Source of the DNA: Thermococcus sp.
GTDB lineage: Archaea > Methanobacteriota_B > Thermococci > Thermococcales > Thermococcaceae
Direction of reading: 5' to 3'
Length of the DNA stretch: 64,000 nucleotides
Assembly: GCA_027074805.1 (NCBI GenBank)
Contig: JALTCK010000092.1
Location: forward strand, 4,763-68,762
Made by a program: the position numbers and the translations under genes. The notes beneath the pieces are model-generated. The model ran no database searches, was not told the DNA's origin, and saw only the letters and a program-made list of their open reading frames with translations. This document shows, piece after piece, positions 51,024 through 59,927 of this stretch (its first letter is position 1; each line of letters begins with the position of its first letter).

Positions 51024-51911
51024 ATGAGGACTCCTAGCGTATACGTAGCCGATGTATTGATGCCCTACCTGCGGGCCAAGGTCGCGGAGAGGCTTTACAG
51101 AGAGGGTATAAGACAGGCGAGGATAGCTGATTATCTGGGGATCACGCAGGCAATGGTCAGCAAGTATTTGAGCGGGAAATATCAGGCCCCAGTGGAGTTG
51201 CAGGGAGTTCTTGATGAGATCGCAGACGAGGTCGCTAGGGTTATACTCTTTGGAGGTAGCAGAGAAGACGTAATCCTTGTGGCCTCTCGGAGAATTCTCG
51301 AGCTCTTCAGAAGGGGCGTCCTTTGCAGGTACTATGCGGAGTACGCTGGAATCAAGGAAGAATCCTGTGTCGAGCTCTTTTCGGCGCCCGATGATACAAA
51401 ACTTGTTCTAGATTCACTGAGGAAGGCAATTCAGGCTCTTCAAGGCATTGAAGCCTTTTCAGAGCTTATCCCCGAGGTCAGGAGCAACTTTGCCTACGCC
51501 CTACCTTTGCCCCGGGGGATCTCCGAGGTTGCGGCAGTGCCGGGCAGGATAACGTCTGTGAGAGGAAAGCTCTTTGCGCTCTCACCGGAGTTCGGGGTCA
51601 GTAGGTTCACCGCAGGCATACTGCTCGAACTCTCCAGACTCCGGCCCGAAATTAGGAGCGTGATAAACATCCGGTACGGGAGGGACGTTGAGGCCGCGCT
51701 CTCGAAAGGGGCCTTTAGCTTTACAAAAGTTCGAACGGGAGACCTTTCTGAAGAAGACGCTTTGAAGGAGATAGTGAAGCCCTTTGAGACGGCGGTCTAT
51801 GATGCCATCATCGATGAAGGTGGTGAGGGCGTTGAGCCCCTTGTTTACGTCTTCGGAAAGAATCCGTTGGAGGTCGTGGACAAGATTAGACGGCTGGTAA
51901 AGAACCTTTGA
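51024..51911 (+). CDS. HTH-ThiN fusion (ThiR-like regulator/thiamine-phosphate synthase family)
   Basis: N-terminal HTH (LGITQAMVSKYL); IPEVRSN, VAAVPGRI, DEGGEGVEP. Confidence 0.85.
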   Translation: MRTPSVYVADVLMPYLRAKVAERLYREGIRQARIADYLGITQAMVSKYLSGKYQAPVELQGVLDEIADEVARVILFGGSREDVILVASRRILELFRRGVLCRYYAEYAGIKEESCVELFSAPDDTKLVLDSLRKAIQALQGIEAFSELIPEVRSNFAYALPLPRGISEVAAVPGRITSVRGKLFALSPEFGVSRFTAGILLELSRLRPEIRSVINIRYGRDVEAALSKGAFSFTKVRTGDLSEEDALKEIVKPFETAVYDAIIDEGGEGVEPLVYVFGKNPLEVVDKIRRLVKNL

Positions 51912-52099
51912 GAATGGCGGTGACCATCTGCTATTCATCCTCTTTTTTCTCAACCAGTTCTCAAAACTCCCATAATCTTCAGTTTCTGGAGCGGGAGAAA
52001 ATACTGCACCTCTCCGGGTTTATAGCGTTGGGTTCTCTTCTGTGCCAGACATGACCGCAAACTTAATGGGTTTTGGGCTGGAGTTCTCTTGGGGGTACT

Positions 52100-52510
52100 A
52101 TGAAATACGCAAGGGAGCTCAGGTTTCAGACGAAGGGTGAGATTGACTTAGTGGACATAACTCACGAGGTGGAAAAGGCTATTGAGGAAAGCGGGATAAA
52201 GAATGGGCAGGTTCTGGTCTTCGTTCCCGGGGCAACGGGCGCGATAGTCACAATAGAGCATGAGAGTGGCCTGCTTGAGGACTTTAAGCGAACCCTAAGG
52301 GAGCTTGTGCCGAAGGGTAGGGGCTACCTTCACGACAGGATAGATGACAACGCCCATAGCCATTTGAGAGCGACCCTTCTTGGAGCCAGCGAGTGCTTCC
52401 CGGTCATTGACGGTCGCTTGGTGAGGGGAACCTGGCAGCAGATATTCTTCGTGGAGCTTGACGTCAGGCCGAGGCACAGGAGAGTTGTAGTTCAGGTCAT
52501 AGGGGAGTGA
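52100..52510 (+). CDS. yjbQ: YjbQ family protein
   Basis: DNAHSHL, GTWQQIFFVELD. Confidence 0.92.
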   Translation: MKYARELRFQTKGEIDLVDITHEVEKAIEESGIKNGQVLVFVPGATGAIVTIEHESGLLEDFKRTLRELVPKGRGYLHDRIDDNAHSHLRATLLGASECFPVIDGRLVRGTWQQIFFVELDVRPRHRRVVVQVIGE

Positions 52511-52563
52511 GAACTCCGGCCTCTCAACCCTTTATAAAGGTTGAGAAGTGTGAGTTCTCAAAA

Positions 52564-53001
52564 TTATAAACCAAGGGTCTCTGGAAGGTAAAATATTGCC
52601 AATTCACTCTCGAGGTTTGTCTCATACCGTGTGGAGATGCTTTCAAGTGTCGTCCAGAGTATGCCATAAACCGTGCGTACGTCAGTTCTGCCAATTTTTG
52701 GCTCTATTCTGAGGCTGAAAACTAAGTCATGGTTCTCGTTCCTTGCATGCATTCGGACGTAATATATTGAAAAGGTATCATGTGTCATCTGGATTGAGAT
52801 CTCTCTAATGCCTTTTAAAGGATATAACTTTAGAGAGCTAATTTCAGTGGATTTTCTCCGCAAAAAACCGGATTTGGACGTTTTGAACAGGATTATCCTT
52901 TTGTTTGTAATGGCTAAGTGGTCATAAACACCATCAACTTTTACGCGATCTAAAATAGTTATCACGTATTCTCCCGTCATCAAGTATTCATGGAGGTCCA
53001 T
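52564..53001 (-). CDS. AT-rich PH-like domain hypothetical protein
   Basis: LMTGEYV...LAITNKRIILFK..GFL; preceded by the 58-bp repeat. Confidence 0.7.
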   Translation of the reverse strand: MDLHEYLMTGEYVITILDRVKVDGVYDHLAITNKRIILFKTSKSGFLRRKSTEISSLKLYPLKGIREISIQMTHDTFSIYYVRMHARNENHDLVFSLRIEPKIGRTDVRTVYGILWTTLESISTRYETNLESELAIFYLPETLGL

Positions 53002-53055
53002 TTCCCTCCTCCCTCCGGGTACTTATAGATTTCCCTCCTCCCGGAGGGTATAATA
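52998..53055 (-). repeat. 58-bp perfect direct repeat, copy 1 (promoter/RBS/hairpin cassette)
   Basis: CCATTTCCCTCCTCCCTCCGGGTACTTATAGATTTCCCTCCTCCCGGAGGGTATAATA. Confidence 0.95.
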
Positions 53056-53078
53056 CTGCAAAAAGTGAAGGTGTTGCG

Positions 53079-54152
53079 TTATTCGCGGGGGGAAAGTGGA
53101 AGCCTCATGGCAGCCCTCCGGTAAATGGGGTCCGTGAAATAGTACATCCCTGTGTCCTCGTCCTTCTGCACGATAACGAGCCCTTCGATCAGTGTCGAGA
53201 GTAATCTGCTCAGGGTGTCCTCGGATATTCCCGTTTGGGCCATGTCCTTCCATGAGGCACCCAGTGCCAGCAGTTTGATAACAGCCCTAGCCTTTGGACT
53301 TCTCCCTTCTAAAAGATGCTCCAGTTCTCTCTCGGCCTCTTTGACGGCTTCATCAATAGTAGTCTTCAGTGCAAGTCCGTGGTCTTTTTCTATGTATCTT
53401 TTGACACCGTAGAGGTTCAGCCAGCCGGGCAAAGTGCCGAGCTGTCTGGTGGCTTCCCGAATTTCCCAGTCCTGATACTCAACGCCGAGCCTTTCAAAAC
53501 CAGTCCTTAGGAACTGCTCTGCGATGGTTTCCTTCCACGGCGCGAGCCTTATCTCTATTGGAGGCCGCCCGAAGAGGGCTTCCCCATAGGTTGCATCGAA
53601 GAGCTTCTTCACGACTCCCGAGTAGGATCCGGTGAATATGACGAGAAGGGAGTGGTTTTCGGTGAAGGCCGAACCCAAAGCCTTCAGGAAATGGCTAATT
53701 CCCTGGTGGATGCTCTGAACTTCGTCGAGGATGAGAATCGTGTTGTCGAGCTTAAAAAGTGCATCCGAAAGGGCCCTCTTGGCGGAGGCGCTCTTTTTCA
53801 GCTTGATTGAAAATCCAATACCTTTCGCCGACGCCGAGACATCGGAGAGGTACTCGGATAGGGCTTCTATCATGGACTTTGGCAACCTTCCCAGTATTTT
53901 CTCGGTGGCTTCCCTGAAGGTCTCGGTGTCCCTCAAATCCACGAAGATTACCTTGTACCCGTTGTTACTTGCGAAGGTGTTTGCACCGGCCAAGGCAAGA
54001 CTTGTTTTCCCCACCATCCTCGGGCCGAGGATGGAGACCCAGCTTCTAGCATTCAGTGCCCGAAGAAGTTTTTCAATCTCCTCACTTCTTCCGAACAACT
54101 GCTCTGGTCTCCTCCTCGGCCTCTGGTCGAAAAAGGACTCTCGCTTTGGCAT
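53079..54152 (-). CDS. Archaeal ATPase (ATPase_2/STAND-like) with C-terminal winged helix
   Basis: LFGRSEE, GPRMVGKTS, ILDEVQ, FTGS, LFGR, YYFTDP. Confidence 0.88.
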   Translation of the reverse strand: MPKRESFFDQRPRRRPEQLFGRSEEIEKLLRALNARSWVSILGPRMVGKTSLALAGANTFASNNGYKVIFVDLRDTETFREATEKILGRLPKSMIEALSEYLSDVSASAKGIGFSIKLKKSASAKRALSDALFKLDNTILILDEVQSIHQGISHFLKALGSAFTENHSLLVIFTGSYSGVVKKLFDATYGEALFGRPPIEIRLAPWKETIAEQFLRTGFERLGVEYQDWEIREATRQLGTLPGWLNLYGVKRYIEKDHGLALKTTIDEAVKEAERELEHLLEGRSPKARAVIKLLALGASWKDMAQTGISEDTLSRLLSTLIEGLVIVQKDEDTGMYYFTDPIYRRAAMRLPLSPRE

Positions 54153-54155
54153 TGA

Positions 54156-54181
54156 TACCCCCCGAAGTACTTCGGGGGGTA
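54156..54181. promoter_or_regulatory. Perfect 26-bp palindrome at the ATPase start
   Basis: TACCCCCCGAAGTACTTCGGGGGGTA. Confidence 0.85.
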
Positions 54182-54241
54182 GCCTCCTTTAAACCTTTCG
54201 TCGGGTGGAGGAAGTAGGGAATAAACAAAGAAAGACATGGC

Positions 54242-54817
54242 CTAAATCTTGATCGAGAGTTCGGCCTTGTCGCTCTTCTTGAGCTGAATTGCGAGGAGTT
54301 GCTTGGTGTAATCTCTGTATCGGAGGTATGTGAATACCATTAAGAAGAAAGCGGTCATTCCCACAAGTGAAAGAATGAAACTGGAGAGTTGTATGACTGT
54401 AGACAGAGTAAACCATCCTTTGAGTATGCCCAATAGCAGTAATCCTAGTGCAACTCCCGTTTCTATCCATCTCTCTAGGAATCCATAAAGAGCTTTACGA
54501 GACATATTAACTGCGTTTTCATAAACAATTTCTAGCCGTTCTATGTCACTTTTTGCACTTTTTAGACTATTCCATTCATCCTTACACTGCGATAGGATCA
54601 TCTGAGGATCCATTCTAGGAACTGTTTGGTTATACGTGTCTATTATGCCGGCTGCAAGCATAGGCCCATTGGCGGCTATTATACCTGCTAATATCCTGAG
54701 CATCCCACTAGTTCCAGTGTCTCCAAAAGCCCCATACAGGAAAAAGATCCCTGCCACCAGCAGTAGAATGCCGAAAAGAGGGCCGTCTTCATGGGAATAG
54801 CTACATGGGTCTCCCAT
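54242..54817 (-). CDS. AT-rich membrane protein (about 4 TM), hypothetical
   Basis: Hydrophobic segments flanking a coiled region; preceded by the 58-bp repeat. Confidence 0.7.
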   Translation of the reverse strand: MGDPCSYSHEDGPLFGILLLVAGIFFLYGAFGDTGTSGMLRILAGIIAANGPMLAAGIIDTYNQTVPRMDPQMILSQCKDEWNSLKSAKSDIERLEIVYENAVNMSRKALYGFLERWIETGVALGLLLLGILKGWFTLSTVIQLSSFILSLVGMTAFFLMVFTYLRYRDYTKQLLAIQLKKSDKAELSIKI

Positions 54818-54871
54818 TTCCCTCCTCCCTCCGGGTACTTATAGATTTCCCTCCTCCCGGAGGGTATAATA
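54814..54871 (-). repeat. 58-bp perfect direct repeat, copy 2
   Basis: Identical to 52998-53055. Confidence 0.95.
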
Positions 54872-54925
54872 TTTGGGAGCGAAGGCGTTAAATACGTGGA
54901 GCGCGAAACCACTTCAGGTGTGAGC

Positions 54926-55114
54926 ATGGAGGGTGTGGAGTATATCTACGACGAGCACGGGAGGATTAGGGGCGTCATAATACCCCCGGAACTCTGGGAG
55001 AGGATAAAAACTGAGTTCTTCGAGCCGTCAAAGTACCGGGGCATTTACAGGGGCAAGAAAGACCTTGAAAAAAGCCTCAGGGAGCTGAGGGAGGAATGGG
55101 AGAGGAGTTTCTGA
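54926..55114 (+). CDS. Antitoxin (VapB-like)
   Basis: YIYDEHGRIRGVII; C-terminal LRELREEW; overlaps the PIN gene. Confidence 0.78.
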   Translation: MEGVEYIYDEHGRIRGVIIPPELWERIKTEFFEPSKYRGIYRGKKDLEKSLRELREEWERSF

Positions 55115-55500
55115 TCGACACCAACGTTCTCATTTACTACCTTGCGGACGCTATTCCAAAGGAGGAGCTTCCGAAGGTTGAGGAAATCCTCAGGAAGAGC
55201 TTCAACGTTTCCATAATCACTAAGATAGAGTTTCTTGGCTGGAAGGGCCATACCCCAGAGGGCTTTGAGAAGTCTAAGGAGTTCATAAGCTTCGCCCATG
55301 TGATACCTCTCACCAACGAGATAGCCGACGTTGCCATCGAACTCCGAAGGAAGGTCAGTATAAAGCTTCCTGACGCGGTTATAGCCGCTACGGCACTCCT
55401 ACACGGCCTAACTCTGGTCACGAGGAACGTCAAAGACTTTGAGAAAGTTAGGGGGCTCAGGATATACAACCCCTTTGAAAAAGTTGATAAGAAGTACTAG
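55096..55500 (+). CDS. vapC: VapC/PIN toxin
   Basis: LIDTNVLIY, KIE, KLPDAVIAATA, LVTRNVKDF. Confidence 0.93.
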   Translation: MGEEFLIDTNVLIYYLADAIPKEELPKVEEILRKSFNVSIITKIEFLGWKGHTPEGFEKSKEFISFAHVIPLTNEIADVAIELRRKVSIKLPDAVIAATALLHGLTLVTRNVKDFEKVRGLRIYNPFEKVDKKY

Positions 55501-55651
55501 ACACCTTTGATATCCTCTATACTCATTTTGACGCCTTTGGCTGCGGTCTCTAATTCTAGCCTCTTGGGAGTTTCATTTTGAGGTGTTTTGCTTAATTGTC
55601 GGGATGATGACTGATCGAGTGTCCATCTTTAGCGCATCAGAAGCGGTGAAA

Positions 55652-55720
55652 GGGGGTAATAACCCGCCCAAGTTCATCGGCTCCGCCTTCGGCGGCACTC
55701 CCCGGGCAGGGGAAGTTGGG
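55652..55720. other. GC-rich multi-hairpin intergenic element
   Basis: Outer stem CCCAAGTTC/GAAGTTGGG enclosing CCGCC-TTC-GGCGG and CCC-GGGCA-GGG hairpins. Confidence 0.45.
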
Positions 55721-55743
55721 TTTTCTCCCTAAAAGGCTTCCGG

Positions 55744-55954
55744 TCAGTAAATAAGAGGTTCTTCGTTATAGTCCTTCTCAGTGGCTTTCCCTTCGTACTC
55801 ACCTTTCCTTTTAACGACAAGGTAGTAGATGAGGGCCCCGAGTATCGTTGTGAGGAAGGCGAGGGTTATCAGATGACCTTCTCAATGTCGCTGCTTGGTG
55901 AGGACACCATAAATAACCCAGGCGAGTGCGCCTAACTGGGACCATAATAGGCAT
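55744..55954 (-). pseudogene. Degraded paralogue of the adjacent PLDc_N protein
   Basis: LAWVIYGVLTKQ, frameshift, EKVI*ITLAFLTTILGALIYYLVVKRKGEYE* matches 56026-56253. Confidence 0.8.
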
Positions 55955-56025
55955 CTCAAATGCGTAAATCATTGACCAAAAAAGGCCATCTCGTCAATGG
56001 TGACCACCAAAAGAGAGAAGAAGGG

Positions 56026-56253
56026 TTAGGTCTCTTCGTACTTGCCTTCTCTTTTAACGACGAAGTAGTAGATTATTGCCCCAATCAGGCCCAGGAACAG
56101 TGCCACGAGTATCCAGATGACCTTCTGCCCCGTGTTCATCTTCGTCTGCTTTGTCAGGACATCGTAGATAACCCATATAAGGGCAATAAGTCCTATAAGC
56201 CCCAGAAGCCAGATAATTCCCATAAATGCAAACATAGTCCCTTCACCTACCAT
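56026..56253 (-). CDS. PLDc N-terminal domain small membrane protein
   Basis: WVIYDV...KVIWILVALFLGLIGAIIYY. Confidence 0.85.
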   Translation of the reverse strand: MVGEGTMFAFMGIIWLLGLIGLIALIWVIYDVLTKQTKMNTGQKVIWILVALFLGLIGAIIYYFVVKREGKYEET

Positions 56254-56311
56254 ACGAACCACCCGCACAAGATACGAAATAATAGAATAAAAAGGTTTCC
56301 CTCAAAAGGGA

Positions 56312-57661
56312 TTACTCCTTCTTGAGCTTCTCACACCTCTCAACCCAGTCCTTGAGCACATCTTTGAGCTTCGGCTCGCCGATTTCCTCGAGCTCATAGC
56401 GGACACGAACGGCCGGTTTGTTGAGCTTCATGAACCTGCGGAGGTCAACAGGGGTGCCCATGACGACGACATCAGCGTCAGCCCTGTTGATGGTCTCCTC
56501 GAGCTCCTTGATCTGCTTGGCGCCGTATCCCATGGCAGGTAGGATGACGTCGAGGTGGCTGTACTTCTTGTAGGTGTCGATGATCGAGCCGACGGCGTAG
56601 GGCCTCGGGTCGATTATCTCGGCAGCTCCGTACTTCTTGGCAGCAATGTAACCGGCACCGTACTTCATGCCGCCGTGGGTAAGCGTTGGTCCATCCTCGA
56701 CGACTAAGACGCGCTTGCCTTTGATGAGCTCCGGCTTGTCGACGTAGAGCGGTGAGGCACCGTCGATGACTATCGCATTCGGGTTGATCTTCTCGATGTC
56801 CTCGCGAACCTTCTGGACGTCGTCGCGGTTGGCAGTGTCAATCTTGTTGATGATTATGACGTCGGCTGAGCGGAAGTTAGTCTCACCGGGGTGGTATTTC
56901 AGTTCATGTCCGGGCCTGTGAGGGTCCGTAACCACTATCCAGAGGTCCGGCACGTAGAATGGGAAGTCGTTGTTTCCGCCGTCCCAGAGGATTATGTCAG
57001 CTTCTTTCTCGGCCTCCCTCAGAATCTTCTCGTAGTCAACGCCCGCGTAGACGACCATGCCTCTGTCGATGTACGGCTCGTACTCCTCGCGTTCCTCGAT
57101 GGTGCACTCGTACCTGTCAAGGTCCTCATAGGTGGCGAAGCGCTGGATGATCTGCTTCTTCAGGTCCCCGTAGGGCATTGGGTGTCTAATGGCAACCACC
57201 TTGTAGCCCATCTCCTGGAGGAGCTGAGCGACTTTCCTGCTGGTCTGGCTCTTTCCGCAGCCGGTTCTGACAGCTGTTACAGCGACGACCGGCTTGGTGC
57301 TCTTGAGCATGGTGCTCTTCGGGCCAAGGAGCCAGAAGTCCGCTCCAGCGCTGTGTGCTCTGCTCGCGAGGTGCATGACATGTTCGTGTGGAACGTCGGA
57401 GTATGCAAAGACGACGATGTCGATGTCGTGCTCTTTAATTATCTTTTCGAGGTCATCCTCGTTCCATATTGGAATTCCGTTCGGGTAGAGTTCTCCTGCC
57501 AGCTCGGGCGGGTATATTCTCCCCTCGATATCTGGAATCTGGGTAGCGGTGAAAGCTACAACCTCGTATTCAGGGTTATCCCTGAAGAAGGTGTTGAAGT
57601 TGTGGAAGTCCCTTCCGGCTGCTCCAAGAATAACAACCCTCTTTCTTTTCTTTTCGGCCAT
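56312..57661 (-). CDS. arcE: cDPG-synthetase-like P-loop protein, probable arginine synthetase
   Basis: GAAGRDFHNFN, RTGCGKSQ, HPMPYG, DGGNND, EDGPTLTHG; position near pyrBI and AlaX as recalled for T. kodakarensis. Confidence 0.78.
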   Translation of the reverse strand: MAEKKRKRVVILGAAGRDFHNFNTFFRDNPEYEVVAFTATQIPDIEGRIYPPELAGELYPNGIPIWNEDDLEKIIKEHDIDIVVFAYSDVPHEHVMHLASRAHSAGADFWLLGPKSTMLKSTKPVVAVTAVRTGCGKSQTSRKVAQLLQEMGYKVVAIRHPMPYGDLKKQIIQRFATYEDLDRYECTIEEREEYEPYIDRGMVVYAGVDYEKILREAEKEADIILWDGGNNDFPFYVPDLWIVVTDPHRPGHELKYHPGETNFRSADVIIINKIDTANRDDVQKVREDIEKINPNAIVIDGASPLYVDKPELIKGKRVLVVEDGPTLTHGGMKYGAGYIAAKKYGAAEIIDPRPYAVGSIIDTYKKYSHLDVILPAMGYGAKQIKELEETINRADADVVVMGTPVDLRRFMKLNKPAVRVRYELEEIGEPKLKDVLKDWVERCEKLKKE

Positions 57662-57849
57662 TCAAATCACCTCAAAAACTTTTATTGCAGTCTCCTTTTG
57701 ATTTTGTCATTTATAACGATTTTTATTGAGAAATGCAAGTGTTTCGCGGGCTTCTTTCGGGACAAGCCTTATAAGCCTGAAAAACCTTCAGCTTCTTTCA
57801 GGAAACTTTCTCTCCACATTACCAGAGTGCTGGATAAGGGGATGGGCAG

Positions 57850-58305
57850 ATGGAGGCGGAAGTTAGGACTCATACGGCACTTCATGTGGTGAAAGGTGCT
57901 GTTGTGAAGGTTCTGGGTGAAAAGGCCAAGTGGACGGCGGGCGTTTACGTGGACGGGAACCATGGAAGACTAACGGTCAAGTTCGACCGGAAGCCAACGC
58001 CGGAGGAGGTTGCCGAGATAGAGCGGCTCGCCAACGGGAAGGTAAAGGAAGAGGTCCCGGTTAAGGTTTACGAGCTGCCTAGGGACGAGGCTGAGGAGCG
58101 CTTTGGAGAGGACATGTACGACCTCTTCCCAATCCCACCCGAGGTAAAGACCCTCAAAATCGTGGTCATCGAGGGATGGAACGTCAACGCCTGCAATAAG
58201 GAGCACACGAGGACGACGGGAGAAATAGGGGAGATAAAAATCCGGAAAGTCCGTTTCAGGAGGAGTAAGGGGTTGCTGGGGATCAGCTTTGACGTTCTGG
58301 ACTAG
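57850..58305 (+). CDS. Alanyl-tRNA editing protein AlaX-S
   Basis: HTALH and NACNKEH zinc motifs. Confidence 0.92.
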   Translation: MEAEVRTHTALHVVKGAVVKVLGEKAKWTAGVYVDGNHGRLTVKFDRKPTPEEVAEIERLANGKVKEEVPVKVYELPRDEAEERFGEDMYDLFPIPPEVKTLKIVVIEGWNVNACNKEHTRTTGEIGEIKIRKVRFRRSKGLLGISFDVLD

Positions 58306-58727
58306 GGGACCATCTCGAAGAGAACCGTGAAGTCGCTGTCGAAGGTGAAGGCCTTTCTTATTTTCAAGCGCTCCATCATGGCAAGGGCCAGCGCGTCTAT
58401 CATGTCCAGCCCCTTCTTATCTGTGTACTTGAAGAAGAGCTCCCATGCTCTTTCCCAGTCGCCCTCTGTTTCCCTCTCGACGAAGATGAACTTGCTCGAC
58501 GTGTAGAACCTGTACTGCTCAAGGGCGACGTCCTTTCCAACGTGCTTGCTTACCCCGTTGAGGAACTCCATTAATGTGGGTCTCCCGAGGACGAAGCGCG
58601 AACCTCTTGAAACGGCCTCCCTGAAAAAGCTCACCGCCCTCTCGTGTTCGGGGTCATCTCTCGCCAGTAAGGCTATCATTGCACTCGTGTCGAGATAAAT
58701 CAGCTCTGGTTTCAGTGGCTTCGCCAT
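58302..58727 (-). CDS. vapC: VapC/PIN toxin
   Basis: [21 protein letters not shown]. Confidence 0.9.
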   Translation of the reverse strand: MAKPLKPELIYLDTSAMIALLARDDPEHERAVSFFREAVSRGSRFVLGRPTLMEFLNGVSKHVGKDVALEQYRFYTSSKFIFVERETEGDWERAWELFFKYTDKKGLDMIDALALAMMERLKIRKAFTFDSDFTVLFEMVP

Positions 58728-58972
58728 TCGACCACGCCCCAGTCATCGTCGTGACTGGTTTTCCTGCCCTTGAGCTCCACAACGCCGAAGGCCTTCCATA
58801 TGGGGTCGTTTTCAACCTCTTCCCGGATTTTCTCCTCGTTCATCTCGACATAGGCCTCTACAGCTTCCCTCAGGACCTCTTTGAGGCTCTTACCCTCCCT
58901 CAGGGATATCAGCCTTAGCATGTTATAGAGCTCTTCATCTAACTCAGTCTGCACATGCTTAATGGTTGACAT
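58712..58972 (-). CDS. Ribbon-helix-helix antitoxin
   Basis: KHVQTELDEELY...GKSLKEVLREAVEAY; overlaps the PIN gene. Confidence 0.85.
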   Translation of the reverse strand: MSTIKHVQTELDEELYNMLRLISLREGKSLKEVLREAVEAYVEMNEEKIREEVENDPIWKAFGVVELKGRKTSHDDDWGVVEWRSH

Positions 58973-59006
58973 GTAATCACCAAATGCATTTCGAACTTTG
59001 TTCCAT

Positions 59007-59795
59007 TTAAGGCTTTCTCATCCACAGTGCCCCCGCCATGCCGAAGTAGGTCGGGCAGGCGTATGCGGAAGCTTTCAGCTCGAATTCCGCAACCCTCATC
59101 GCTCCTAACATCATGAGCATCTGCCAGTAGCTGTCCACCAGGGCTTTGCTCACAAGTTCCTCGGGGATTTCTGGGAGTTCATCAAGGCGGTTCTCGTTTA
59201 TCAGTTGCATAATCAATCGGTCGTATTCCTCGCTCTCCTTCCTGTAGCCATACGGCCCGTTTTCGTCGTGGGCGTGCCCGTGGTCGGCGCTGATTATCAG
59301 CGCGATTCTCTTCTCGCTCTCCTCGATGACGCCTCCGAGGACTTCACCGAACCCGATCAGAGTCTCCCTGTTCAAGCTCCTCGCCGGCGTTAGAAGGACG
59401 AGGGGCTTCTTCTCGAGGAATTGTAACGGTATCAGTTCCCCCCACGTCAAGGGCCACCTCGAATACCTGCCGCTCCTGCTGGCGAAGTGCAGGTCAACGA
59501 CCGGGAAGCGGTCTTTCGTCGCCTCGTATATCCTCTCCGCAAGCTCCCTATCGGTCTCCCACTCGCCTGGGAGTTCCTTTCCCTCAAAGCCGAGCCAGGA
59601 AACCAGGTGCTCCGCCATCACTATTCCGAGATGGTCGCTCATCCTGACATTGTGGGGGCTTATGAGGACGTAGGAATCAACGTCCCTGAATGCTTCTCCG
59701 ATTCTCCTTAAAACACCTGCAAGCTTTGCTGTTTCCTCATCTTCCGGCTCCAGAACAGGGTTTCCGTGGGGCATGAGGCTTATTCCCACGAGCAT
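59007..59795 (-). CDS. LigB-like (class III extradiol dioxygenase/Memo fold) protein
   Basis: MPHG, ISPH, SADHGH, PTYFGM. Confidence 0.82.
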   Translation of the reverse strand: MLVGISLMPHGNPVLEPEDEETAKLAGVLRRIGEAFRDVDSYVLISPHNVRMSDHLGIVMAEHLVSWLGFEGKELPGEWETDRELAERIYEATKDRFPVVDLHFASRSGRYSRWPLTWGELIPLQFLEKKPLVLLTPARSLNRETLIGFGEVLGGVIEESEKRIALIISADHGHAHDENGPYGYRKESEEYDRLIMQLINENRLDELPEIPEELVSKALVDSYWQMLMMLGAMRVAEFELKASAYACPTYFGMAGALWMRKP

Positions 59796-59927
59796 GGGAT
59801 CACCATCAAGTAATCAAAAGTTGAGGTTCTTAACTGTTCTTCCTAAAAGACAAAATCTACTGAATCATGGAAAACGCTAGGGAGTATGTGGCAAGGTAAA
59901 AATATTAAACAAGCCGTGCTCAATGTT

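Noticed and set aside
52998-54871. CRISPR array or IS terminal repeats
   Set aside because: Only two copies 1.8 kb apart in direct orientation; no cas or transposase gene
55601-55620. C/D box sRNA (ATGATGA followed by CTGA)
   Set aside because: The boxes are adjacent with no guide region, and no downstream C'/D pair was found
56891-57892. 333-aa plus-strand ORF and other long antisense ORFs (e.g. 13217-14002, 29825-30583, 43832-44578)
   Set aside because: Shadow frames opposite well-supported genes, with no motifs of their own
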